Shown: positions 13,160 to 24,250 of the stretch, in pieces
Position numbering within the stretch: position 1 is the first letter of the stretch
How the letters are laid out: each line of letters opens with the position of its first letter
Assembly (NCBI GenBank): GCA_964106915.2
Contig: OZ066916.1
Direction: 5' to 3' (one strand)
DNA: 64,000 nucleotides
Source: Podarcis gaigeae
Lineage: Eukaryota
Made by a program: the position numbers and the translations under genes
The notes under the pieces: generated by a model
What the model saw: the letters and a program-made list of their open reading frames with translations, nothing else
The model's database searches: none
Told to the model about the DNA's origin: nothing

Positions 13160-13420
13160 ATGCAGGTTTTGGTGTCCTCGGGTGTCTTCCCGTGTAAAAG
13201 TTGGGGTGTCTAGGCGACGTTTCGACGAGGTCTCACTCGTCATCTTCAGGCTGGTGCTTTCGGCTTCTTGTTACTGGAACAAGAAGCCGAAAGCACCAGC
13301 CTGAAGATGACGAGTGAGACCTCGTCGAAACGTCGCCTAGACACCCCAACTTTTACACGGGAAGACACCCGAGGACACCAAAACCTGCATTCCTGTACCC
13401 GTGAAAATCTACGAAAGCAA
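13160..13420. mobile_element. Penelope-like element remnant: inverted pseudo-LTRs with perfect 113-bp arms, inserted in (AT)n
   Basis: 13160-13272 is the exact reverse complement of 13278-13390 around a 5-nt loop; CTGAAGATG...CGAAACGTC signature; 30-nt tail; (AT)n on both sides. Confidence 0.8.
13296..13340 (+). ncRNA. Minimal type I hammerhead ribozyme motif (PLE-associated); mirror copy on - strand in the left arm
   Basis: CUGAAGA (13301-07), extra U, stem II GACGAG/CUCGUC, GAAA (13327-30), C-GUC; predicted cut after C13334; stem I only 2-3 bp. Confidence 0.6.
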
Positions 13421-13646
13421 ATATATATATATATATATATATAATGAAAGTGATTCAGACATGCGCTGAACTGAATTCAAGACTAGAAATATAAGAAAAA
13501 GAGATAAAAGCAAAACTGATCGACTTGCCCCTTCCTAGATTCCAACCTCCAGAGGAAGATCTGTAGCCAACAGCTCTGCAGCTAAACCTGCTCAATAAAT
13601 AGATACCTTTCAAAGTTAAACAGTGAGCTCTAATATTGATGCTCAG

Positions 13647-13771
13647 CAGTACTTTTCTTCTAGAAAAAAAGGTGTCAGTACTCACCATGAAGTTGTTACA
13701 GTGCTTTTCTTTTAGAAAAAAGAGGTGCAGGTATCGCATACCGTTGAGTACCCCTGGGGAAAAAAGCACTG
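13647..13771. mobile_element. Short hAT-type MITE
   Basis: TIRs cagtactttt / aaaagcactg; TSD atgctcag / ctgctcag; related copy at 41752-41896. Confidence 0.65.
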
Positions 13772-13948
13772 CTGCTCAGTGAGGTTCATAACAGAAATAT
13801 TAGAAGTAACACTTTATCATTGCATTGTAACAAACTATTAGTATGTATAGATTTGAAAGAGCTCCTTAGTCTTCCTTCCATTGTGTCTTCTCATACTCTC
13901 TGTGAAAGAGCCTTCTCAGATATAAAGCAAAATAACACCCTGTAATAA

Positions 13949-14173
13949 TTACAGGTAGGTAGCCGTGTTGGTCTGCCATAGTCGAAACAAAATAAAAAAA
14001 TTCCTTCAAGTAGCACCTTAGAGACCAACTAAGTTTGTTATTGGTATGAGCTTCTGTGTGCATACACACTTCTTCAGATACACTAAGTGTTCATGCACAC
14101 GAAAGCTCATACCAATAACAAACTTAGTTGGTCTCTAAGGTGCTACATGAATGAATTTTTTAATTTTGTTTCA
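13949..14173. mobile_element. Second Penelope-like (reptile Neptune-type) remnant with inverted pseudo-LTRs and degenerate hammerhead motifs
   Basis: gtagccgtgttggtctg...gcaccttagagacc signature; arms at about 13986-14053 and 14103-14172; 12-bp direct repeat accctgtaataa at 13937 and 14174. Confidence 0.75.
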
Positions 14174-15170
14174 ACCCTGTAATAAGTTTAAGAGTCAAGA
14201 GCAGAGGGGAAAAGGGGAGTTGTGATCCACTGTTCGAAGAGAGTAGCAAAGCCAGCAATATCCCAGATATTAATGTAGGCTTTACTATGGATTTTGAAAG
14301 ATGTGGCAGACTTTCCTAAGGCTTACAGCGCAATCCTATGACACATTGACTCAGAAGAAAACTTCACTGATCACAGCCTCACACAGTGTCTTCTCCAACT
14401 TTCCCAGATTTGGATCTTGGGATGAACCTCAAAAGTGTTGATGAGCTGATACCATATGATGTTGCAACAGACCTTTTTCTTTTGGCCACAAGGCTAATAA
14501 TCCATAGCCACACTGCAGTTCACTGCCTTAGAAAACAAATTCAACCTGACTAGGATATATGAGCTTACCAGAGAATTTTCAATGGGTCTTGAGCATTAAA
14601 ATCCACCACCACAGCCCACATACAAATACCCTGAGGCAATGGCAGATTTGTCCAAGTAAGAAAGCAACACTCATCCTCTGCAAAAACACTTATTACATCC
14701 ACAAGTCTGCCTTTGAAGTTAAGTTTACTTAGATTTTTAAACTAAACAGTCAATTCCTATGCACCCAAACCCACTGATCTCAAGCAGTTCAATTTTCTGT
14801 TATTAAATGCTATTTCTTTTTAAAACAATATCTGTACCAAGATACCTTGTTAACATGTGTGTCACAAGCCTTGATTTTTTAAAGCATCCTTAAAAGCCAT
14901 TTTCGACTTACACTCCCGTAAGTGCTTAGACCAGCTCAACCCCTCATGTTACACCAGTGCAAGTATGAAAATACAAATCATTTTCGAGCATTGAACTTTG
15001 GCCATTTAGGTATGTAGGCATGTGTGTAAATTTCATCCAAATCAAGACAGGGTATATTGATGGCAATCACTGTGACAGGGCAACCTATTGTGGCAAAGAT
15101 ATCAGAGGTATCCCATCAGCCACCATGCTTTTTACTGTATGCTGCATTTTTCTTTTTGGTAAATTCTATT

Positions 15171-15521
15171 GGGACGCGGGTGGCGCTGTGATCTAAACCA
15201 CTGAGCCTAGGGCTTGCCCATCAGAAGGTCAGGGGTTCGAATCCCCACGACGGGGTGAGTTCCCGTTGCTCGGTCCCTGCTCCTGCCAACCTAGCAGTTC
15301 GAAAGCACGCCAAAGTGCAAGTAGATAAATAGGTACCGCTCCAGCAGGAAGGTAAACGGCATTTCCATGCGCTGCTCTGGTTCACCAGAAGCAGCTTATT
15401 CATGCTGGCCACATGACCCAGAAGCTGTATGCCAGCTCCCATGGCCAGTAAAGCGAGATGAGTGCCACAACCCCAGAGTCATCCACGACTGGACCTAATG
15501 GTCAGGGGTCCCTTTACCTTT
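15171..15521 (+). mobile_element. Sauria SINE, full length
   Basis: gggacgcgggtggcgctgtg head, B-box ggttcgaatcc, (acctt)n tail. Confidence 0.9.
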
Positions 15522-16039
15522 TTATTGTGCTTAATGGGATCTTGGTAGGCTTTTTAAACTGCACATGGCATCAACAGCTCTCTGGAGCCCTGTTCAAGTA
15601 TACCTACATATCACAATGAAGTAGAACTGTATTAGATGTGGTGTGTATAAAATGTCACTCCCTTCAACTATTCATCTGTTTCCGGAAATAGATATTTGCC
15701 ATCATGTGTGTTATGATTTAAACAGGAGAACAGCCCTGTTTCTTGATAACCTGTTACTGTTGTACTGGGGCAGGAGGTTTACTAGATGAAGACAAGAGCT
15801 ATCTAGGCGCAGATGATGGGAGATGGCAAAATCCTTCTGAGCAGAAGAGAAGACGGGAACAGCACAAATTGGGTAGCAGCACGGGATGCTTTTATCCCAA
15901 GCAAGGAAGGGACAATGCTGCAGCTAAGTTTGAGGCAGCACTCAGAGGGGTCTCCAGAGGGCAGAAATGCTAGTGAGCCTGCCTTCCCCACCTCTGATCA
16001 GAACTTTTGGTGCCATTTATGGAACCCCAAAGGACAGAG

Positions 16040-16212
16040 CGTTGGGAAGTGTGGCTGGAGCATCTATTTGGCATGTGGGAAATTCTAAATTCAGTAGCTG
16101 GCATCTCCAGTAAGGGCTGGCCTGGGAGTTACCTGAAACCCTGGAAAGACCGTACTGAGCAAAATGGACCAAATGAACAGTCTGACTTAGTATAAGGCAG
16201 CTTCCCATGTTC
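16040..16212 (+). mobile_element. Old tRNA-derived SINE with CR1-like tail
   Basis: Tail tctgacttagtataaggcagcttcccatgttc; related inverted copy at 60230-60372. Confidence 0.5.
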
Positions 16213-17317
16213 CCAGTTTTGTAGCAATGCTTTACAAATTAATCTGTATCAAGGTGTACAATTAGCAGAGACTCCACACTTTGCCGCAAGCATGGAACGC
16301 TGCTGCTCATGCAATTGGTACAGGGAAGATGCTGGACATTCAACTCAGATTGTTCCCACTATACACTTTATGGCTTGTTTTGTTTCCTGGGCTCTGATTC
16401 TGTAGCCACTTTGTAATCTGACCTGGAGAGAGGTTTATTTACAAAATCTGGAGAGCAAAAGTGAAACTGACCAAAAAAAATATATTATTATTTTTCTGGC
16501 CAAACTAAACCAACTTAGCAGTTATGATATGATGGCTGATATAAGTGGCTTGGCCTGTGGGAGGAGGTAGTCTAAGAGGAACCAGAAGTGCTGAGAAATC
16601 TGAAAGGAAGAGTTGGGTTTTAGTGGCTTCCTTCACCAATTTCAATTGTTCAGGCTTAGGAATGTCTCAGTTTCTGGTTATTCAGTCCTCTTTTCCCCAT
16701 AAAAAACACAAACAAACCCTACAAGCCAGCCTTTGCAATTTCCCCTTTGGTGCACTAGAAAGTTATGGCTGAGATAGCACCAGTCAAGGCACTAAAAAAA
16801 GATATTGGGATTTGTTGTCACTTAAACAGGCAAAGGCAACACAGAGGAGATTGTGTTCTGGAAGGAAGCCCTATGAGCTACAATTTTTTTTTTTAAAAAA
16901 ACTTTTAGTTCTTTCCACCTTTGCAACTTACATTCCATCAAATGAAATGACTGTACAGAACACTATTGTAGTGCTGTTGTTGTGAAAAGTGCATTCAGCT
17001 ACCCTTGTATTATCAGGCTATGTTCACAACACGACAATGATAGCAGTTCAGTTGCAAGCTTCCATTTTCTTCCCAAAAAATGTTCTGTTAAACAATGTCA
17101 ATTATAGATTTAAATGTGCGGTGCTGTTTTGTTTACCATTTGGTTTGAAACTTTTAAGATCAATTTTATACATATATCTATCTATCTGTATTTGTTCAGG
17201 AAATGCATGTGTGGGGATCCTAACAGAATGTTCCCATCAGTATTCCTGGCTCCTTGGTTCACGTGAGGACCTAAATTTTGTGACTATGGTTTTTGTTCTA
17301 CACAAAGGCACGCTTGC

Positions 17318-17323
17318 AATAAA
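17318..17323 (+). terminator. Candidate distal polyadenylation signal of PGBD5
   Basis: AATAAA at the end of a UTR-like AU/U-rich block. Confidence 0.4.
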
Positions 17324-17564
17324 ATTTTTACAAGTTTTCTACACCATAAGCTAAATTCTGAGTTCCAAAATGTGAAGTGTGGTAACAAAACAACTGAATG
17401 GATTTATAGTATCACTCTGATATCTTGTCATGTGATTTTCCCCTTCCCAATGCAAAGTTTGTTTACAATCAACAACTTTGAAATACAGTCAAATATAGAT
17501 TATATCTTCTCCTGTCTCATTTTTGCTGGAGGGAAGGGTGGAGGACATGATTAAACATCTGAAG

Positions 17565-17703
17565 CAGGGATGGGAAACTTCTGGTCCTCCAGATGTTAAT
17601 GGGACTCCAATTCCCAGCATCCCTGACCATTGGCTATGCTGAATGGGGCTGATAGGAGTTGTAGTCTATAAACATCTGGAAAGCCACAGGTTCCCCATCC
17701 CCA
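17565..17703. mobile_element. Short hAT-type MITE
   Basis: TIRs cagggatgggaaac / ggttccccatccc; TSD atctgaag / atctaaag. Confidence 0.7.
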
Positions 17704-18119
17704 ATCTAAAGAATCCCCTCAGCCACGAAGAACCAACCTGTTCAAAGCTCAAATTTGATACCTGACAGTTTGGATAAACAAGTGGTATGTTTCTTGTTAC
17801 TTGGCCGTATTTGTTTTAGCTGATGGGGTTCAGTATTTTGACAGTATGTGATAATTGCCAGGCAAAGGTATTTGATCTTTGAGAACTTTTATTGGAAAAA
17901 CTGGTAGGATCTGAAAATTGTCAGCTTGTGGCATTTGATCAACAATTTCCAAGCAGTCAGAAGCACTCAAATTTCTAACTCAAATTTTGAAGTCAAACAT
18001 TTTGAAATTATATTAATTTCATTATCTTAATTTTAAATGCCCAGAATTTGGCTTAAGCAGATGCACTGCTTTTTCATAAATTCCATTCTCTCCAGTAGCA
18101 TGCTGGATTTTTATAGTTA

Positions 18120-18361
18120 CAGTTGTACCTCGGAAGTTGAACACCTTGCAACTCGAACATTTTTGGCTCCCAAATGCCGCAAACCCGGAAGTGAGTGTTC
18201 TGGTTTGCAAATGTTTTTTGGAACCCGAACGTCCGACATGGCTTCCAATTGGCTGCAGGACCGTCCTGCAGCCAATCGGAAGCCACACCTTCATTTCCGA
18301 ATGTTTTGGAAGTTGAACGGACTTCCAGAATGGATTCCATTTGACTTCCGAGGTACCACTG
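18120..18361. mobile_element. Tc1/mariner (Tigger-like) MITE
   Basis: TIRs cagttgtacctcggaagt / acttccgaggtaccactg, flanked by TA on both sides. Confidence 0.85.
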
Positions 18362-19029
18362 TATTTCTCTTTTTTAAAAGCATACCAAGTGGGGTATGTA
18401 GACATGATTTGCAAGCCACAAGATGCAGCAGGCTCAAGTGGAGCCAGAACTAGGAACCAGTTGCTTGCGATGCTGTGCTGGGAAGGCAAATTACAATTCC
18501 TGATTCATGCTATCCAGCTAAAAATATCTGAACACATGGCTGAAGATACTGTGTGTCCCTGTCATTGGCAACGGCACCAGCAGTAACACATTAGATCTGA
18601 GAGTTCAGCACAGGAGATTTCACTGGAAGAATGGCCTAGGACACACACAACCAATTAGGCAAGCATTATGTGCAATGATTGCAGACACACTGGAATGCAT
18701 CCAACTGTGGCTTTACATTAGTGCCAGGCACTTCAATTTGCACAATGCGGTGGTAATTGGCAAAAACTGTTTATCTCATCTTACGCACAGAAGCCACTAT
18801 TGGGCGCAATCCAGCCTCTTCTGTAACTCAATGAATTCCATCTCATACATGAAGGCTTTAATTATTAGAGCTCACATCTGTTAAGTCACATGTTGTGACA
18901 TTTGGAATGTAACGGTTTCAGCAATATAATAATAGTTTTTGCATTGATACACCACCACCTTTCCACCAAGGCCCCCAAGGTTTGTAGTACTTACATGCAG
19001 GAACATGGTTGCTTTCCTTCTTAAGAAAG

Positions 19030-19142
19030 CACAGGGAGCGTGTGGACCTCCTGATATTGTTGGACTCCCAGTTTCTATCACCCGCAGTCAGCTACAGGAT
19101 GACGAAGGCTGTACATCTAGGGTCACAGGTTACCCACCCCTG
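19030..19142. mobile_element. Short hAT-type MITE, degenerate
   Basis: cctcctgatattgttggactcc...acatctagggtcacaggttacccacccctg; same family as 17565-17703. Confidence 0.5.
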
Positions 19143-20932
19143 CTCTGAGTAGTGCTGCATGGTCCTATTTCTAAAAAGGTTGGTGTTTTTCTGCATCGTT
19201 TGGATATCTTTAGAACTGGGGTGGGTGCAGAATTTTGATTTTACCTTATCACAGCAAGGTGACCGTGGACAGGGTGTGTTTTTCTTTCTGGTAAACATTT
19301 CACCAACCCTCTGCAGCCTCCCTGGCTGTCCACGCCATCTGAGAGAAGGGGGGCTTCGTGGTCTCTTCCGCAGGGCTTTAATTGAAATATGGGCACCTGG
19401 GCAGGCTGCAGAGTGCAGTCCATTTGTAGAATGAAAAGCAAGGGCACTCGCAAAAACCCTTTAGCCACCTCAAAACTATGGTAAGTGCAACCCCACCCCA
19501 CAACCCCGCTGCACCTGACCCATGAGAATTGCAGAAGAAATTCTCTCTTGGTAAGTTTTGAATGCAATTTATTTTCTCATTAACTGGTGAAGGGTTTTCA
19601 TTAAAGCCCCAAACAATTATCCCCCATGCCACCCTACAGGATAATAATGCTCTCTAGATTGTAATCTACACTGGAGGGTTTCCCAATCCTCTGAAGCAGA
19701 TTTGGGCGATGCAAGAGAGAAGAGGGGGAAGTCCACCAATGCAAGGACACCATTGACTACAACTGTGCCTAGCATTTTAATTCCCTGGTTGGACAAAGAG
19801 GGGAAATTATGGTTTTCAACAGCAAGCATCGATTGTGAAGGGCATACATGTGGCAGAGTTATAGGTAGGGAGGTGAGAACAGGTGAAAACACTGGAAATC
19901 TACTACTTGGCAGGCCAACTATTGCTCTGCAATCCCTCCACTTTTCCAGATACTTGGTTTCTGGATACTTGGTTCCAGGAAATAGCAACAGGCTATTCTA
20001 ACATTTGATACAAATCGTTTCTCAGCTGTGGCTTGATGTGAAAGTTAAGGGGAGAGATAAGTTTCCGGAGCTCAAGTTGTCCTGAGCAAAGAAAGGCAAA
20101 CTTTTACACAACTTGAAATCTGTTTCAAAGTTGTAATGAACTTCAGCAGTTGTTAGAGATAGTAATATAGTATTACATTAGTAGAAATGGCCAGGAATTG
20201 GAGGAGGTGGAAATAGAATGTTTCTGGTGAGGAAGTCAGCTTCCTCTTCAACCTACATTAGATGCAACAATACTGTCTAGTGGGTATGGTGGAAGCCTTC
20301 TATGTTCAGCAACTCATAAAGCAAATCCATGAAATCGAATCCAAAGCACCACAAACCAATTCAAAGCATCCTTGGTGTTTTTCAAACACCCACCGACCAT
20401 GACAAATCTCTAAGGGAGATTCAGAAGCGGTTTCAGATCCAGCATGAAGGTTTGCTGTTCAAAGTGAAAACCAAAAACCAAATCCAACGGATGCACCTCC
20501 ACGACTGGAAATGCCTCAAGCATTCTTTGGATCTGCAAAATTGGTTTACAAAAACACAGGCCCGGTTTGCACACTCTATTAAGCTACAGCTTATATGAAA
20601 CTTAGGATTCGTGTGAATGAGCAGAATGCTGGTGCAAAAATCCCTGCAGATGTGCCTCCCACACACCTTCCTTCACCGCATGGAAGAAACAAACCAGGAA
20701 CTGGCTTTTTTTAATGTGCAGACTAGTGCTTGTAGTTTATTACTTGTGTAACAAAACACAAACATACCGCCATGGCTTGTTAGGAGAGAAGCCACCCACA
20801 AGGTTCACATGTAATGGCAATCCAGCCTCTTTTGGTTCACTCCATTCAGGAAAGGAAGCAATGCGAGGGAGTGCTGCACATGTTCACTTTAAAACCATAG
20901 CTGAATTTAATTTATGGTTAAAAGCAATGTCC

Positions 20933-21165
20933 GAAGAAGAGTTTGAATTTGATATCCCACTTTATCACTACCAAATGAGTCTCAAAGCGGCTAACAATCT
21001 TCTTTCCCATCCTCCCCCAGAACAAACACTCTGTGAGGTGAGTGGGGCTGAGAGACTTCAGAGAAGTGTGACTGGCCCAAGGTCACCCAGCAGCTGCATG
21101 TGGAGGAGCAGAGATGCGAACCCGGTTCCCCAGATTACGAGTCTGCCGCTCTTAACCACTAAGTC
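20933..21165 (-). mobile_element. tRNA-derived squamate SINE (Squam3-like)
   Basis: Minus strand reads tagtggttaagagcggcagactcgtaatctggggaaccgggttcg (A/B boxes), then a gggtgaccttgggccagtcac core and a (TTC)n tail. Confidence 0.7.
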
Positions 21166-21293
21166 ACTGTAAGAATGCTGGCTAGCCAAGGAGATCAAGT
21201 GGTCTTAGCTGAAGTTCATGTATTCTGGGGCCAGTTCCTGAGTGTACACAAAAACAGAATGGCAGCAAACCTCGCTATCTTATCTATAAAGTA

Positions 21294-21299
21294 TTTATT
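21294..21299 (-). terminator. Candidate polyadenylation signal of GALNT2
   Basis: tttatt on + is AATAAA on -, followed on - by GU/U-rich ctgtttttgtgt; about 2.8 kb after the stop. Confidence 0.6.
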
Positions 21300-22661
21300 T
21301 CCTTAAGTTAAACAAACAGGTTTTTTTCCCCCCAAGGATGGTTTCCATCTATAAAATGAACAAAGTACAAGCTCTGTACAGCAGATTTTAAAGAACCAAC
21401 TGAAACGACAGTTTCCAAATGACATCTGATTTGCAAAACAAAATTCACATGTACCCCCATCATTTTTGCTTTGAAGACACTCAGATAAGGTTAGCACAGA
21501 GATAGCACTGCAATTTGTTTCCAAGTCTCCTAGTGATTTATTATAAAAGGAAGAGGGGTGGGGGTGGGGGAGAGATGTTGGCTACTTCTGATACCCAAGG
21601 TCAATATCTGCCACTGACTGCAACTGCACACCCTCCGTTCATGTCAAAGGTTTTCACACAGTGCCCCTTAGTACACCCCACTGACAGAGGATCTGTGCAG
21701 CAGCAGTCGTTGGTGCATAGCACCAGAAATCCATAGACTTTAAAAAAGGATGAAGTCACAGTAAATAACTTTGGCACACTGTGTCATGTAAACATAGCTA
21801 ACACCACATTACCATATTTCCATTCTCATCCAACACCCACAATTTGCGGTCTCAGCATGGAGATACTGTCTGCGTAGGATCTCTAGAATTTTAAGAACAT
21901 ATTCTCATTTTATAATACATAGACGACATTAGAGTTTCTGGAGTGGGGAGATATTATTAATAAAACTTACTAGCAACTCTGGTTAGGTTAACAGTCAAGG
22001 CAGCAAACTCCTATTATTTCAGAAAACAGCAGCTGGTTTGCCTGCTAGCTTTTATATCACAAGAAAAAAAAATGTTAATATTTTAGCTCCCCTTCATTAA
22101 GTTCTTTTCCCAGAAGCGCTGGATCATAACCAGTTGGCTGTATAGTTGCGAGTTGAATGCATAGTCCCTCAAATATTAAAATATCACCATCTTCATATTC
22201 ACTAATATTTTTCATGTCAAGTGTTGTTGGGTGGCTGAAAATAAAGCGAATCTTGAAAAAATCAAGTCCAAAGTTTCTCTCTTTTTGTTGCCAAGGTCGT
22301 ATGTAAATAGGATATACATGGGAACTTGCAGTGTGGGAGAAGGAAATTTGGTCTGGAAGAGGATTATATGCACAAATCCACATTGAAGGAAAAAGCAATG
22401 TGGATTCAAACCATGTAGAATTCATATGACATCTGTGAATACTACCTGCAGAGATCACAAGCATGTCATATAACAGTTTATCAGCCTGTTTTAAACCGGT
22501 ACTGCAAATGTCAAAGCCTTTGTGTCAATGGAAGCATTTTGTGGCAAATACTGCAGCTACAGGGGAAAATACAGTTTATGGAATACTCTTATGACCCATG
22601 TAGCTGGAAGAGAACACTGTCAAAACATGATTGCATAATAATTTGTCTTTGTCCTTTGTAA

Positions 22662-22675
22662 TCACTAGAGGGCAC
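22662..22675 (+). promoter_or_regulatory. CTCF-like motif
   Basis: tCACTAGAGGGCAC versus consensus CCASYAGRKGGCRS. Confidence 0.35.
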
Positions 22676-24071
22676 CGTTAAAATCTTACATAAGCTGTGT
22701 TTTTAAGAAGGGGGGGGGGGGGTTACAGGCAAAGACGTCAGAGTAACCCCGGACATTACTTTGATATAAAAACAGCAGTTGGATTGAAATGGCTCCTTCC
22801 AATGTATTCAGAACATTTCCCTCCAGCCAAGTTTGAAACACCAGTTTAAAACAGGACACAGGTGTAAAGAAAAAACCCAGACCATGATAACTCCCGCCCC
22901 CCCCCAAAAGCAGAGGCGTAACAGCTGAAATGTTGATATTTAGTAGGTAGCTGCCCATGCTTCCACGAGAAGGCTATTGTGATCTTGTGCTGTCAGACAA
23001 CTTTTTAAAAGGAGAAAAAGAAGCACGTCTTGATAAGAACACAACCTGAAGACCAAACGCTCCTAGCTGCATTATTTTAAGAAGGCCAAACTATTTTTTT
23101 TTAAGTAGCCCCAAATTGCCCAATACAAATACCAAGTTTATAGATATCCAGAGCACATGGCATGAATTCCCCAACTGGAGGTGACAATGTTGGTGAGATG
23201 AAGCGTGCGAGCTCCTTTCTGCCATTTGATCATCCTCCTCTGCAGAGGTCCGACATTTCCCAGGAGGAGGAAGCGCAAAAAACAAAATAAAAAATAGGCA
23301 CACTTCACAAAGCAGAAACATCCAGTGTTTGCATGAACACAACTCAGCAGCACAAACCTGCATCTTCACAAAGTTTTGTTCTTCTACCAACTGTCCAGTC
23401 CACTTCCCAGAAAAGTGTTAAATTGCTTTTCTTTGTTCTGTTTGTTTTGTTTTTTGGATAAATTACAGGATGATGAAAAATCGATAGAAAGTTGAAAATT
23501 TTGACAATATATATTTTATATATATATTTATATATAAACATATAGAATGTTTATATTTAAGAGTTCTGTCATAGAAAAGTCCATGGTGAAATATACCAAG
23601 TACACATGGCAAAAACCTTCAAAATGCTTTGATTTCTGGAAACCACGAACACTGATTTCTATGTAAAATGGAGACTGCCAATGATCTTCTCCAAACCATT
23701 TGCTTCCCTCCCCATCAGTCCCTCCCTCCCTCCCTCTCTCCCACCACCCTCCCCCTCTTCTGTGTGTTGAAAGCAGTTTCCTACTACTGTACATCTGTTT
23801 TTCCTAGGAATCTTAGTCATCTGCTGTGGAAGGATTTAGCTTGATGCCGGAAAGGAACTGGTGAGCCTTTGCGGTGGAAGGGAGCGAGTCGTGCAGCAGC
23901 TACGTCTGACCAGGCAATGGCACGGTCCCCAGTTCACTTGCTTCACTTTTGTTCACTTGTCGCCTACTTTCAGACAAAGATGGAATACTGAGGTATATAA
24001 AGTATCAGTAATGCAATCAAAATGTTGCCCAAGGTTTCGGAAACGGGAACAGTCCTCCTGAGCAAGCCCTA

Positions 24072-24227
24072 CTATTGCTGCAGGTTCAGGGTGAACTTCC
24101 ACTGCTGCGACAGCGAGGGGTTGCAGACTTCAACCGTCAGACCACCGTTTTTGGCATTTCGGCTGTCTAAGCAGAGGTTACTGCCCACGTGCCTCAGTTT
24201 CGCGTTGCTTTCAATTTGTTCCCATTT
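24072..24227 (-). CDS. GALNT2: GALNT2 exon 16 ([51 protein letters not shown]), ricin lectin gamma repeat
   Basis: ccag acceptor; 156 nt; TAG stop followed by a second TAG; matches the GALNT2 C-terminus. Confidence 0.97.
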   Translation of the reverse strand, partial: KWEQIESNAKLRHVGSNLCLDSRNAKNGGLTVEVCNPSLSQQWKFTLNLQQ

Positions 24228-24230
24228 CTG

Positions 24231-24250
24231 GAAGAAGAAGAAGAAGAAGA
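24231..24250. repeat. (GAA)n repeat, forming the (TTC)n polypyrimidine tract of GALNT2 exon 16
   Basis: Direct reading; abuts the acceptor. Confidence 0.9.

Larger units (their letters stand above)
12805..13537. mobile_element. AT-rich hAT-like MITE hosting a Penelope-like insertion
   Basis: Degenerate TIRs tagggg... / ...cttccta; 8-bp TSD ggttccaa (12797) / gattccaa (13538). Confidence 0.65.
7002..17345 (+). other. PGBD5: Putative long 3'UTR of PGBD5 (distal end inferred)
   Basis: Follows the stop codon; U-rich, repeat-free terminal block at about 16900-17345 ends in AATAAA at 17318; human PGBD5 is recalled to have a multi-kb 3'UTR; earlier AATAAA hexamers also exist. Confidence 0.4.
21275..24071 (-). 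other. GALNT2: GALNT2 3'UTR
   Basis: Essentially TE-free stretch between the TAG TAG stops and the AATAAA; AU-rich block at about 23507-23545. Confidence 0.6.

Noticed and set aside
13160-13390. microRNA precursor
   Set aside because: The stem is too long and perfect and carries a Penelope/hammerhead signature, so a TE fold-back explains it better
18022-18489. Overlapping 138-155 aa ORFs
   Set aside because: They span the Tigger-like MITE and show no transposase motif
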